Shown piece after piece: positions 47,922-57,474 of a stretch of 64,000 nt of DNA. A model generated the notes under the pieces. It was given only the letters and a program-made list of their open reading frames with translations. It made no database searches and was not told the DNA's origin. Made by a program: the position numbers and the translations under genes. Source of the DNA: Candidatus Micrarchaeia archaeon (GTDB lineage Archaea > Micrarchaeota > Micrarchaeia > Norongarragalinales > Norongarragalinaceae); the NCBI GenBank assembly GCA_041648335.1, contig JBAZPG010000004.1, positions 13,793-77,792 on the forward strand, in the 5' to 3' direction. How positions within the stretch are numbered: the stretch's first letter is position 1; each line of letters starts with the position of its first letter.

Positions 47922-48727
47922 AACAAGGTTGCCGCGTACGCCGCGAGCACGAGGAACATTCCCACTTTCGAGGCGCGTTGGCTGTCCCGGTAGCCTCCCA
48001 TCTGGTAGAGTTTGTGGCACGAGTAAGCGAGGGCGAGCGCGCCCAAGCCCGCCAAATCCAATGCGAGCATGTTCTGTCCGACTATCACCGGGAGGGCGGC
48101 GGTGAGCGAGGCGCCCACGTAACAGGCGTTCACGATTTGCTTGGCGTTCGCTTCGCCTATCACCATCGGGAGCGAGAGTTTGAAACCCGTGTCGCCGCGG
48201 CGGTCCTCGAGGTCCTTGGTTATCTCGCGTCCGGCGTTAGCCAGGAACGCGGCGACCGCGAGGAAGCCCGCAATCGAGTAGTTCCCCGAGGGCAGCGCGC
48301 CGTAAACTATGACTGCGCCCGTGCCCGCGGCAGCCACCCAGTTCCCGAGCCACTTCACCTTGCGGAAGAACGCGGAGTAGGCGTAGAGGAGGGCGGCGAA
48401 GAACACCGCGTAAATCGCGGTGTCCAGCGAGAGGAGTCCGGCGAAGAATATTCCCGCGGCGAACAAGAGCATGGCGAACGCGTACGCCGTATTTTCGGGG
48501 ACGCGGCGCGAGGGAATCGGGCGGTTCGGTTTGTGTCGTGCGTCAACATCGCGGTCGAAGTAATCGTTAATTGCCTGTCCGCCCGCGCACACGAGGAACG
48601 CGGACGAAGCCAAGAGGGCGACGGGGACGTCCAATGCCGGGACGCCGGCGGCGAGCGAGTAGCCTAGCCAGGCGCCGAAGCCCGCCATCAGCGAGTTCAA
48701 CGGACGCATGAGTTCCAGATAAGGCAT
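47918..48727 (-). CDS. UbiA-family prenyltransferase, likely digeranylgeranylglyceryl-phosphate synthase
   Basis: Motifs RPLN, INDYFDRDVD..KP.RPIPS and REITKDLED..GD. Confidence 0.88.
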   Translation of the reverse strand: MPYLELMRPLNSLMAGFGAWLGYSLAAGVPALDVPVALLASSAFLVCAGGQAINDYFDRDVDARHKPNRPIPSRRVPENTAYAFAMLLFAAGIFFAGLLSLDTAIYAVFFAALLYAYSAFFRKVKWLGNWVAAAGTGAVIVYGALPSGNYSIAGFLAVAAFLANAGREITKDLEDRRGDTGFKLSLPMVIGEANAKQIVNACYVGASLTAALPVIVGQNMLALDLAGLGALALAYSCHKLYQMGGYRDSQRASKVGMFLVLAAYAATLF

Positions 48728-48817
48728 ATCCGCCTAAGGGCGGGAGCGTTTAAAACCTTGCCCGTGGGGTTGGGGGTTTATTAATTTTTTCGCGGCAAAG
48801 AGCTTTCAAGAGCCGTA

Positions 48818-48919
48818 ATGCTGGACTTGACTTTCACATTGTCAATACTGGACTTGCTCGTGCTGGTAGCGTTGAGCATAGCCGCCTGGGAAGTCCTCGA
48901 GAACGGCGGGCTGTTTTGA
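48818..48919 (+). CDS. possible 33-aa single-TM peptide
   Basis: MLDLTFTLSILDLLVLVALSIAAWEVLENGGLF with an AT-rich TATA-like stretch upstream. Confidence 0.3.
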   Translation: MLDLTFTLSILDLLVLVALSIAAWEVLENGGLF

Positions 48920-48931
48920 GTCCCGCTTACT

Positions 48932-49849
48932 TCAGTCCCCGCACGCGCAATCCTCGTGTAATACTGTGCTGTACGTGCCCTCCTGGCCGTGCGCCCGTAT
49001 CACTTCCGCTGAGTAACCTTCCTTTGTCAACAGGAGGTTGGGCACGAATCCGTCTTCAAACCCGTTTTCCGAGAGCGCGAGCGGCACTTTGATTATTCCC
49101 TTTGAGTCCGAAAACAATTCGGGTGCAACTCCGTCGTCCAGGTTCGTTGCGCGCACTCCCTCCAGCGGTTCGCCGTCCGGTCCGTAAACCGCGAGCAACC
49201 GGTAACTTATTCCGAGCTCCAAAACGAAATCTGCTTCCGTTACCCACTCGCTAACCCACCGGTCCCACTGGCTTTCTCCAACGAAGTAACCGGTTGACGG
49301 GCTCACGAGTACATTGTAATCCGCCTCGTTTATGCTGTCGAACGCTGCGATTCCATCCGCGTCAGTGTATTCGAGGTATTCGGCGTTACATTCCTGGTAT
49401 TGTGAACAGCTTATTTGGGATATTGCCACCGCTAGGTTCGCCACGGGTTGCCCGTCTTCGTCAATGAAGCGCAGGGACAAGTCCTTTGTCAGCGAAGGTT
49501 GTGCGTTCGGGTTTGCCAACAAAAAGCCCAAATATGCCAGCACGCCCAGAAAAACCACAGCCAACGCGAGCGCCTTGAAAGAGGAAAAGAGCTTCACGAG
49601 GTGCGGCGTTGCGGTTTCGTGCCGTTTCAAACCCAGTCCCTCGTTTAACAGGTATTTCCCGAAAATCAATGAGGTTACGCCCAAGGCAATCGGGACGAGC
49701 ATCCCGATGAATATTTTGCTTGCCAGCGCGCCGCCCGTCTCCCTCGGGCTTAACGACCAGAAAACAATCAACGCCACTCCCAAGCAGGCTATGCCGAACA
49801 CGAACGCGGTGAACGCGCCGCACAACCTTACGAGTTTCTTCAATTCCAT
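48932..49849 (-). CDS. membrane protein with C-terminal carboxypeptidase-regulatory-like domains
   Basis: Three TM segments, then D.DGQPV..., TDADG and GPDGEPLEGV...LTKEGY. Confidence 0.65.
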   Translation of the reverse strand: MELKKLVRLCGAFTAFVFGIACLGVALIVFWSLSPRETGGALASKIFIGMLVPIALGVTSLIFGKYLLNEGLGLKRHETATPHLVKLFSSFKALALAVVFLGVLAYLGFLLANPNAQPSLTKDLSLRFIDEDGQPVANLAVAISQISCSQYQECNAEYLEYTDADGIAAFDSINEADYNVLVSPSTGYFVGESQWDRWVSEWVTEADFVLELGISYRLLAVYGPDGEPLEGVRATNLDDGVAPELFSDSKGIIKVPLALSENGFEDGFVPNLLLTKEGYSAEVIRAHGQEGTYSTVLHEDCACGD

Positions 49850-49861
49850 ATCCGAACACCT

Positions 49862-50245
49862 CTAACTCGTCCACAAACCGTGCACGTTGCACAGCACGCG
49901 GGCGCGCAGCTTCCTCGCGTCCTTCACCGTGAACGACACTTCGGGCGCCTCGCCGGGGTAGAGGCGTTTCGTCTCGAGGATGCGTTCGCCTTGGATGAGC
50001 TGGATGAATTCAAGGTAGTGGTTGTCGAGCATCGGGTGAGCTGTTGAGCCGACGCGCACGGTGACTTGGTTTCCCTTGACTTCCACGAGCGGCACGTGCT
50101 TCTCGCGTCCCTCTTGCAGGTAAGTTTGCTCGGGGAGAAATTCCATGGGCTTCCCGCAGCACACGAGTTCGCCTTGGTGTGCCTCGATTACGCTGACTAC
50201 GTTTCCGCACACGCTGCACTTGTAAACCCCGTTCTTTTCCGCCAT
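49862..50245 (-). CDS. dfx: desulfoferrodoxin / 2Fe superoxide reductase
   Basis: Motifs CSVCGN, CCG, EKHVP, HPM...HY and CNVHG. Confidence 0.93.
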   Translation of the reverse strand: MAEKNGVYKCSVCGNVVSVIEAHQGELVCCGKPMEFLPEQTYLQEGREKHVPLVEVKGNQVTVRVGSTAHPMLDNHYLEFIQLIQGERILETKRLYPGEAPEVSFTVKDARKLRARVLCNVHGLWTS

Positions 50246-50254
50246 GATTAGTTA

Positions 50255-51877
50255 TCAACCTCGCTTGCATTCGCCAATTGAATCCAAATCTATTTCGAAG
50301 GCAACGCACGGCGCAGCCAACCCGAAGTTCTCGAGCACCTGCGGGTGCACTTCGCCCACGAAGCCGACGCGTTTTCCCTTCATGATTACCTCGGCTTGCC
50401 TTCCCTTCATGAACTTCTTTTCAGTCGAGGGCTTGAAAACCGTTTGCACGCCCAACGCCCGCGCCAGGTGCGCGAGAGTTGCCGTTGCCTCCGCCAGGTC
50501 CGCGTTCGCGTGGCACGAAGCCGCGCACGCGTGCCTCCGCGTGAGGGTGCCCTCGCGTCCCCCGCGTTCCACGGTTTCGCCGACCTCGAACACGCGCTGG
50601 GGATAGGCGCGGTGGGTGTTCTCCGACAATAAGCCCAGTAGCGAGGGGAGGAGCGAACTGCGCACGCAACCGTATTCGCTGCTCATCGGGTTCCGGATGC
50701 GCACGATTTCCTTTTCCGAGAACGCCTTGGCCGCCGTTTCCGCGGAACAGAGCACGCCCGTGCTCGCCTCCACGAAGCCCGCAGCCGCGAGCGCGTCGCG
50801 TGCCGCGTTATCCTGGAGCGTTTCCGCGGCTAAGCCGCCGCGCGTGAACGCCTTGGGTGGCTTGGGCGTGAACTCGTTGTAACCGTAACCGAGCGCGAGT
50901 TCTTCCACCAAATCCACGGGGTGGAGGAAGTCCGCGCGGTAACGCGGAATGAAACAACGGAGCACGCCCGCCTTGTGCGTTGCCTCCAAGCGCTGTTTGG
51001 CGAGGAGCGCCGTTGCGTCGCTCGCTTCGAGCTTGACGCCCAGCGCGCGGTTGGCATCGTCAAGCGAGAGCAGCATCTCGTGCGGCTTCACCTCGGGGGC
51101 AAGGCGTCCGTCGCACTCCACTGCCTCGATTTTACAGCCCGCGTCCTGGAACTCGTGGCACAGTATGTTGAGCGCGGTGTTGCACGCCTCCCAATCCGTG
51201 CCCGTGACATCGAAAAGCAAGTCGGTTGTCCAGAGCGTGACCGCGGTGCGCTGGGAGTTGATTATCGGGGGCAGCGACAGCACGCCTTTCGCGTCGCAGA
51301 ACAACGGGTAATGCTTTCCATCCAAGCAATAGGCGTACTCGCGCCCCTTGTCGTGCTCCTTCATTATCCGCGAGATGGACGCTTCCTCGCGCCAACCGAG
51401 CGGCTGGAACGTTTGCTTTGCGTCAACCGCCTTGTAAACCAAATCGCCTTCCACGGTGGACGCGTCGTGTATACCCACCGCGACCTTGCGCCTGCGGCGC
51501 CCGTGAGTCAACACGAGTTTCTCCTGCAATTGCATCAATTCGGCAATGCTTTCCGCGTCGAACTTTGCGCCGCGCGCGAACGCCGCCAACGCGTACGGAC
51601 GGATTTTCTTCACGCTTTCTTCCACCGTGAGCCGCGTCTTGGATTTTGTGAGCTTGAGTTTCGCGAGCCCCGCCTCGGTCCCGAGGCGCCCTTTGAGCGC
51701 ACGGAGCACCCCCCACCTGCCCAGCAAGTCCGGGCGGTCTCCGGTAACCTCGAGCGAGAGGAGTTCCCCGTTGCTCTCCACGCCCGCCTTGATTTGGGGG
51801 AGCGCTTCGAGGAGTTCGCTTTCGCTGGCGCCGGATTCGCGCAACAGCCACTCCTTCGACATTTGCACGGAAACCAT
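50255..51877 (-). CDS. pheT: phenylalanine-tRNA ligase beta subunit (archaeal type)
   Basis: Motifs DRPDLL, GRRRRKVAVGIHD, LPPIINS, RADFLHPVDLVEE and GEVHP. Confidence 0.95.
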   Translation of the reverse strand: MVSVQMSKEWLLRESGASESELLEALPQIKAGVESNGELLSLEVTGDRPDLLGRWGVLRALKGRLGTEAGLAKLKLTKSKTRLTVEESVKKIRPYALAAFARGAKFDAESIAELMQLQEKLVLTHGRRRRKVAVGIHDASTVEGDLVYKAVDAKQTFQPLGWREEASISRIMKEHDKGREYAYCLDGKHYPLFCDAKGVLSLPPIINSQRTAVTLWTTDLLFDVTGTDWEACNTALNILCHEFQDAGCKIEAVECDGRLAPEVKPHEMLLSLDDANRALGVKLEASDATALLAKQRLEATHKAGVLRCFIPRYRADFLHPVDLVEELALGYGYNEFTPKPPKAFTRGGLAAETLQDNAARDALAAAGFVEASTGVLCSAETAAKAFSEKEIVRIRNPMSSEYGCVRSSLLPSLLGLLSENTHRAYPQRVFEVGETVERGGREGTLTRRHACAASCHANADLAEATATLAHLARALGVQTVFKPSTEKKFMKGRQAEVIMKGKRVGFVGEVHPQVLENFGLAAPCVAFEIDLDSIGECKRG

Positions 51878-51880
51878 TCT

Positions 51881-53299
51881 TCAGCGTCCCCTCAAGTAAT
51901 CCAAATCACGCGACATCAATTCGCGAATGTCCTTTGCCTCGAGCTCGACCATGGCGAGGCGGTCGATTCCCAAACCCCAGGCGAGCACGGGCGTTTTCAC
52001 GCCGAGCGCAGCGAGCATCTCGGGGCGGAACATCCCTGCGCCTCCTACCTCCGCCCAGCCCTTGCCGGGAATGTTCGCGTGCATCTCCACGCTCGGCTCG
52101 GTGAACGGGAAATACGAGGGCGCGAACTTGATTTCGCGGGCGCCGAACACTTCGGCTGCGAAGTCCTTCAGGTAGCCGAGGAGCTCGCGGAACGACAAAC
52201 CCTCCTCAACGACGATGCCCTCGCATTGGTTGAATTCGATGAAGTGCTTCCAATCAATCTCGTCCGGACGGAACACGCGTCCGATGGAGAAAATGCGCGC
52301 GGGCGGTTTCACGCCTTTCGCGAGTTCGCGCGCGCTCACCGCAGTGGTTTGCGAACGCATTACGAGGCGCGCCGCGATTTCCGGGTCCCACTTGTAACCC
52401 CAGCCCTTGGAGCCCGCGAGTCCGCGCTCGTGCGCCTTTTTTACGAGCGAGAGAGTAGCCGAGTCGAGTATCTCGCCGCGGCACGGGTCGTCCACCTGGA
52501 ATACGTCGTGGATTTCGCGTGCGGGGTGGTCTTGCGCCATGAACAACGCGTCCATGTTCCAGAACTCGAGTTCCACGAGGGGACCGCGTGCCTCCTGGAA
52601 ACCCATTGCCGCCAGCTTGCCGCGTATTCGGTTCAAGAACTCCTTGTAAGCGTGCTTCTTTCCGTAGTCCGCTGAATCGTTTAGCGTGGCTAGGTCGTAT
52701 TCCGCGTACTTCTTTTTGCGCCAGTCGCCCGACTTCAAATCCTCGGGAGTGAGGCGCGTTGCCTTAGCTTCGCCCGTTGCCTGCGTTGCCTTTGACGTGG
52801 CGCGCGCACTGAACCTCTTTTCGACGCGCTGGATTGCGAGCTTGCGCGCGAACAACTCGGCGAACACCTCGTGCGCAGGCAGCGCAGCCGAGGGATTCAA
52901 TAAGAATTCCTCGATTTTCGACACGGGTGCATCCAGGCGTTCGAGGCGCCCCGCTTTTATTTCAAGCCACTTCTTCTTCTTCGCCCACTGCAACGCCACC
53001 GAGGTTTCCTGCGCGTTCAAGCCCGCTGCTTCCGCGGCTTCCTTGATTCCCGCGCTCTCGCCCACCGCCTGCCAGAGGCGGCGCTCGGGCAATCCGCGTT
53101 TTACGCAATTCAGTCCTTCGGGCGTGAGCTCGGCCCGAGCTTCCTCGGCGCGGGCGACTTCAGCGTAGCCCTCTTCCTTGAGGGTTTCGAGCGCGCTCAT
53201 CACGGTTTCGGGAGCCAAGCGCACGGCTGCGGCGATTTCGCGGGCATCCGCGTATTCGTGCGTGAGCGCTTTCAATACGATAAGGCTTTTTTCGTTCAT
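51881..53299 (-). CDS. pheS: phenylalanine-tRNA ligase alpha subunit
   Basis: Motifs FWNMDALF...HPARE.HD, RSQTT, FPFTEPS and AWGLGIDRL. Confidence 0.96.
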   Translation of the reverse strand: MNEKSLIVLKALTHEYADAREIAAAVRLAPETVMSALETLKEEGYAEVARAEEARAELTPEGLNCVKRGLPERRLWQAVGESAGIKEAAEAAGLNAQETSVALQWAKKKKWLEIKAGRLERLDAPVSKIEEFLLNPSAALPAHEVFAELFARKLAIQRVEKRFSARATSKATQATGEAKATRLTPEDLKSGDWRKKKYAEYDLATLNDSADYGKKHAYKEFLNRIRGKLAAMGFQEARGPLVELEFWNMDALFMAQDHPAREIHDVFQVDDPCRGEILDSATLSLVKKAHERGLAGSKGWGYKWDPEIAARLVMRSQTTAVSARELAKGVKPPARIFSIGRVFRPDEIDWKHFIEFNQCEGIVVEEGLSFRELLGYLKDFAAEVFGAREIKFAPSYFPFTEPSVEMHANIPGKGWAEVGGAGMFRPEMLAALGVKTPVLAWGLGIDRLAMVELEAKDIRELMSRDLDYLRGR

Positions 53300-53353
53300 T
53301 GCCCGGGTTCCCCGATTTCTTTTTTAATCACACGGTGTTAATAAAAAAGGCTT

Positions 53354-53581
53354 ATGGACAACGCGATACCGCCTTCGTGCGCGAACAAAACGGGTTCTTG
53401 GCGCTCCAGGAAACCCGTGGTGGACGAATCCAAGTGCGTGGGCTGCAAGACGTGCGAGCGGGGCTGCCCGGACTCGTGCATCCGCGTGGTTGACGGCAAG
53501 GCGAAAGTGGATTACGATTACTGCAAGGGCTGCGGCATCTGCGCGCACGAGTGCCCGGTTAAATGCATCAAGATGGAGTGA
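53354..53581 (+). CDS. porD: 2-oxoacid:ferredoxin oxidoreductase delta subunit (2x[4Fe-4S])
   Basis: NKTGSWR..KP, CVGCKTCERGCP and YCKGCGICAHECP. Confidence 0.9.
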   Translation: MDNAIPPSCANKTGSWRSRKPVVDESKCVGCKTCERGCPDSCIRVVDGKAKVDYDYCKGCGICAHECPVKCIKME

Positions 53582-53586
53582 ACTAA

Positions 53587-54015
53587 GTGTTATTCTGGTT
53601 GCTGTGGTTCGGTTTGCTTCTTTTCCTAGCGGGCACTTGGCTCGGGGTGTACTCGTGGAACGGGCCCCGCCTGGGTGCGGTCGCGTCCGACAAGGGCAGG
53701 AAGTGCTGGACTTGCTCGGTTGCCTTGAGCGCCACCGGGCTCGCCGTCCTCCTCGCGAGCCTCCTGTTGTTGAGCGGTTTCACCTTCAAGCGTTACGCTT
53801 CCTCTTCCCTGTCCGAGTTCTGGGGTGCCGTGCTCGTGATGGGTTTGGGCGCGCTCCTCTCCCTTGTCCTCTCCGGACGCCAGGGCGCGCGCTTCCCTGA
53901 CGAGTCGCGCGCGGGCTTGTTCTACGCTGGACTCGCCCTACTCGCGTTGGGTTTCGCCGCATTGCTGTGGCTCATGCTTCCTAACCAATTGTTGTGCGGG
54001 GTGGCTTCAGCGTGA
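53587..54015 (+). CDS. membrane protein inside the por operon
   Basis: Four TM segments. Stop overlaps the porA GTG start. Confidence 0.6.
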   Translation: MLFWLLWFGLLLFLAGTWLGVYSWNGPRLGAVASDKGRKCWTCSVALSATGLAVLLASLLLLSGFTFKRYASSSLSEFWGAVLVMGLGALLSLVLSGRQGARFPDESRAGLFYAGLALLALGFAALLWLMLPNQLLCGVASA

Positions 54016-55127
54016 AAGAGATAGCCGAGGGCGGCATTCTGTTGGCGCGGACTGCCGCGCGCTGCAAGCTCGACGTGGTAGCCGCGTTCCCGATTACGCC
54101 TTCGACGCACATCCCCCAGGAGCTCTCGCGCATCCAACCCGAACACGGCTACGATTTCGTCCCCGTTGAGTCGGAGTTCTCGGCGTTGAGCGTGCTCATA
54201 GGCGCATCGGCAACCGGTGCCCGGACGTTCACCGCAACGAGCAGCCAAGGACTCCTCTTGATGCACGAGGCGCTGTTCAACGCCTCGGGAATGCGCCTCC
54301 CGCTCGTAATGGTGGTTGCGAACCGAGCCATCGGCGCGCCCCTGAACATCTGGAACGACTGGCAGGACTCAATCTCGCAACGCGATGCCGGTTGGATTCA
54401 ATTATACTGCAAGAACAACCAGGAAGCGGTTGACACGCTCATCCAGTCGTTCAAGACCGCGGAAGCGTGCGAGATTCCGGTGATGGTGTGCCTGGACGGA
54501 TTCTATTTGACGCACGAAGTGTCCCCGGTGGACGTGCCCTCGCAGGAGGAAATCGCTTCGTTCCTCCCGAAGCGCGCGCCCCGCAAGGTCCTTGACCCGG
54601 CGGCTCCGTGCGCGCAAGGCGCTTACGCTACCCCCGAGTATTACCAGGAATTCAGGCGCGAGTTGCACGAGGCGCTCGAGGCGTCGGCAAAGCAAATCGA
54701 GGCGAACGCCGCCGAGTTCGCGAAGGCGTTCAACCGCCCCCAAATTGCATTCGTCGAGGAGACGGGCAAAACGGGCGGGCTCGCGGTAGTCACCATGGGC
54801 AGCTTGGCCGAACAATGCGAGATGCAGGCGGAAGCAGGGGAATTCGACTTGGTGCGCTTGAAGTGCCTGCGCCCGTTCCCGCGTGAAGCGCTCGCACGCG
54901 CCCTCAAGGGACGCAAGCGCATACTCGTAATCGAGAAGAGTTTCAGCGCGGGGAACGAGGGCGCGTTGGCAATCGAGGTTAAATCGTTATTGAAGGACTT
55001 GAATTCGGATGCAATCGTTACCGGAGCGGTGACCGGCTTGGGCGGCAGGGACGTGTCCGTGCGCATAGTGCACGAACTCGCCGAGAAAGCCGCGAAAGCA
55101 GAAGAGAGCTCGCGCGTTTGGGTGTAA
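54012..55127 (+). CDS. porA: pyruvate/2-oxoacid:ferredoxin oxidoreductase alpha subunit
   Basis: Motifs AFPITPST, VESEFSA, TATSSQGL and DGFYLTH. Confidence 0.92.
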   Translation: MKEIAEGGILLARTAARCKLDVVAAFPITPSTHIPQELSRIQPEHGYDFVPVESEFSALSVLIGASATGARTFTATSSQGLLLMHEALFNASGMRLPLVMVVANRAIGAPLNIWNDWQDSISQRDAGWIQLYCKNNQEAVDTLIQSFKTAEACEIPVMVCLDGFYLTHEVSPVDVPSQEEIASFLPKRAPRKVLDPAAPCAQGAYATPEYYQEFRRELHEALEASAKQIEANAAEFAKAFNRPQIAFVEETGKTGGLAVVTMGSLAEQCEMQAEAGEFDLVRLKCLRPFPREALARALKGRKRILVIEKSFSAGNEGALAIEVKSLLKDLNSDAIVTGAVTGLGGRDVSVRIVHELAEKAAKAEESSRVWV

Positions 55128-55130
55128 AAA

Positions 55131-56006
55131 ATGGAATACTTCCTCAAAGGACACACGGCTTGCGCCGGTTGCGGTTGCGCGCTCACCGTCCGCCACGTCT
55201 TGGAAACGCTCGGCAAGGACATCGTGGTAGTCAACGCTACGGGTTGCATGGAAATCATCTCGACGCCCTACCCCCGCAACAACTGGAACGTTCCCTACAT
55301 CCACAGCTTGTTCGAGAACGTGCCCGCGGTGGGTGCGGGAGTGAGCCGCGCACTCAAGAAGCTCGGCAAGAAGGCAATCGTGGTGTGCATCGGAGGCGAC
55401 GGCGCCACTTATGACATCGGCTTCGGCGCGTTGAGCGGCGCCATGGAACGCAACGAGGACCTGCTTTACATTTGCTATGACAACGAGGCGTACTCGAACA
55501 CCGGGCTCCAGCGCAGCGGCGCCACCCCGTTCGCCTCCGCGACCACGACTTCGCCCGCGGAAGTGGGTGGCAAGGGCGAGTGGAAGAAGAACATCTCGTT
55601 CATCGCCGCCGCACACGCCATACCCTACGTTGCCTCGGCGAGCATCGCGTTCCTCCCTGACTTGCAAGCCAAGCTCAAGAAGGCCGCGTCCATGAAGGGC
55701 TTCCGTTTCATCAGCATCCACGCCCCCTGCACCGTGGGTTGGCGCATCCCCACCGACAAGACCCTCGAGGTGTCGCGCCTCGCGGTGGAGTGCGGGCTCT
55801 GGAACCTGTTCGAAATAGAGAACGGAGTATTCAAACTCTCGCGTCCGCTCGGCTCGAAGCCGGTGGAGGAATACCTCAAGATGCAGGGCAGGTTCGCGCA
55901 CGTCACTCCCGAGCAAATCAAGACGATTGAAACGCACGCCGGCGAGGCGAAGCTCGAACTCGAGAAGCTCGAGAAATCCGGCTTGAACTTCACGCGCCTA
56001 CTTTGA
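55131..56006 (+). CDS. porB: pyruvate/2-oxoacid:ferredoxin oxidoreductase beta subunit
   Basis: Motifs HTACAGCG, ATGC, GGDGATYDIG, YDNEAYSNTG.QRS and APC..GW. Confidence 0.93.
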   Translation: MEYFLKGHTACAGCGCALTVRHVLETLGKDIVVVNATGCMEIISTPYPRNNWNVPYIHSLFENVPAVGAGVSRALKKLGKKAIVVCIGGDGATYDIGFGALSGAMERNEDLLYICYDNEAYSNTGLQRSGATPFASATTTSPAEVGGKGEWKKNISFIAAAHAIPYVASASIAFLPDLQAKLKKAASMKGFRFISIHAPCTVGWRIPTDKTLEVSRLAVECGLWNLFEIENGVFKLSRPLGSKPVEEYLKMQGRFAHVTPEQIKTIETHAGEAKLELEKLEKSGLNFTRLL

Positions 56007-56780
56007 GCGCGAAATCAGTTTGGCGTGCAAGTCCGTCTTCAAACCGAGCACTTCGTGGGCGAGCTGGGTGCCGCCAATCACGTCGGGTATCACGATGTAG
56101 TCCGCGCCCGCCTGGTGGAGTTTGCTCACCGCGTTCTTGTTGAACGCCCGCGAAGCAATCTTCAAGTAAGGGTTCAACTCGCGTGCCGTAAGTGAGAGGA
56201 AGACGTTGGACGAGTCGCTCTCGAGCGCGGCAACGAGCCGCTGGGCGCGTGTTACCCCTGCCTTCTCAAGCGTCTTGAAGTCGAGTGCGTCCCCTTGGAG
56301 CACGAGGCAGCCGTCCCCGCGCGCCGCCTCGATGGGTGCATCGTCCTTATCAACAACAACGAACGGTTGCCGGTTCTCCTGGAGCACCCCGCAGAAAGTC
56401 CTGCCGAGCGCGCCGTAACCGCAAACAATGAAGTGCCCCTTCAAGCCGTCTATTTTCCTTGCCATTCTCTTCTTCCCTCCGAACTCGGATTCCAAAAAGC
56501 GTTGCATTCCCGCGGAAACCAGGAGCACGAGTGCCCCCATGGTTGCCAAGCCCACGAGCGCGCGGATCGCCTTGGTTTCCAGCCGCGCGACACCCGAGCA
56601 GTCAACGTAAACCGCGGTGCACGCCGTCTCCAAGGCGGCATCCCCGAAGCTCCGCTTCTCCACGGTTATGTAATCCAAAATCGCCAGCGAGTAAATCGCT
56701 AGCAAAACGAATAGCAGTAAAGCGTAATTCTTGCGGGCTACCTTCACCCCGCTGACGCCTGCCAACGGGTGTGCTGCCAA
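55998..56780 (-). CDS. MthK-like 2-TM + RCK (TrkA_N) protein with non-canonical pore segment
   Basis: HFIVCGYGALG, GDALD...L.KAGV..A and GADYIV.P...GG. The pore region reads TAVYVDCSG. Confidence 0.8.
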   Translation of the reverse strand: MAAHPLAGVSGVKVARKNYALLLFVLLAIYSLAILDYITVEKRSFGDAALETACTAVYVDCSGVARLETKAIRALVGLATMGALVLLVSAGMQRFLESEFGGKKRMARKIDGLKGHFIVCGYGALGRTFCGVLQENRQPFVVVDKDDAPIEAARGDGCLVLQGDALDFKTLEKAGVTRAQRLVAALESDSSNVFLSLTARELNPYLKIASRAFNKNAVSKLHQAGADYIVIPDVIGGTQLAHEVLGLKTDLHAKLISRSK

Positions 56781-56781
56781 A

Positions 56782-57087
56782 TCAAACCACTATGCAGTGT
56801 TCGCAACCCGTGCCCAGCGCCCAAACGAGCACGATGAACCCAACCAACAAGAGGGCTACGCCCAACCAACCCGCCCAAGTGAACGCCTTGACTATCGCGG
56901 CGATTTTCTCGAGCAAGCCCGGCGACTTTACGCCGGAATCCTTCTTCTTGCCTTTCGCCTGGCGGATGGCTTCGTTCGAGTCGCCTTCGCTCCAGCCCGA
57001 CTCTAACAGGGACTTCTTGACGTCGTCGTCCGAGAAACCCTCGCCCAAGCTCTTCTTCGCGTACTCAACCGCACTCGAATCAACCAT
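56782..57087 (-). CDS. small membrane protein
   Basis: N-terminal EY.K..L..G.S...K..L...GWS domain and C-terminal TM. Confidence 0.65.
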   Translation of the reverse strand: MVDSSAVEYAKKSLGEGFSDDDVKKSLLESGWSEGDSNEAIRQAKGKKKDSGVKSPGLLEKIAAIVKAFTWAGWLGVALLLVGFIVLVWALGTGCEHCIVV

Positions 57088-57264
57088 AATTCAAAATCAC
57101 TCGATTAACCTCAAGTCGCGGGCGCTTTTAAAATGCTTCGTCAGCTGACTCTCTTCCGTTCACAGGACGCCCCGAAGGGCGTTCTCACAAATACCTATAT
57201 TTTCGTCATCCGAAGCCTTGACCGCGGGAAGATTTTACAAAACCATCCCGTTGCCATGAATATT

Positions 57265-57372
57265 CCCGGACAGATTTCCAAGAAACCCGTTCGTTGCTGT
57301 CTAGCCCCGGACAAGTTTCAAACGAAACTTCTTTGGAAAGAAGTTTCATCAAGAAACCCGTTCCGTTGTTGC
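57265..57372. repeat. degenerate tandem copies of the tRNA-Gln 3' end and its flank, with a perfect hairpin
   Basis: CAAGAAACCCGTTC.GTTG.TG..TAGCCCCGGACA at about 57279 and 57350. CCCGGACAGATT at 57265. GAAACTTCTTT-GG-AAAGAAGTTTC at 57324-57347. Confidence 0.7.
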
Positions 57373-57373
57373 A

Positions 57374-57446
57374 TAGCCCCGGACAGATTCGAACTGTCGT
57401 CTCCGGCTCCAGAGGCCAGCATACTTGACCACTATACTACGGGGCT
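57374..57446 (-). tRNA. tRNA-Gln(CTG)
   Basis: AGCCCCG...CGGGGCT A (A1-U72). Anticodon arm CTGGC CTCTGGA GCCGG and T arm GACAG TTCGAAT CTGTC. Confidence 0.95.
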
Positions 57447-57474
57447 AACTGCAATAATAAGCGATTCAAAGGTA

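Noticed and set aside
46886..52675. Long alternative-frame ORFs (e.g. 46886..48667, 50921..52675; also 21603..23156)
   Set aside because: They are shadow ORFs of GC-rich genes, overlapping well-supported CDSs, with Arg/Ala-rich composition and no motifs.
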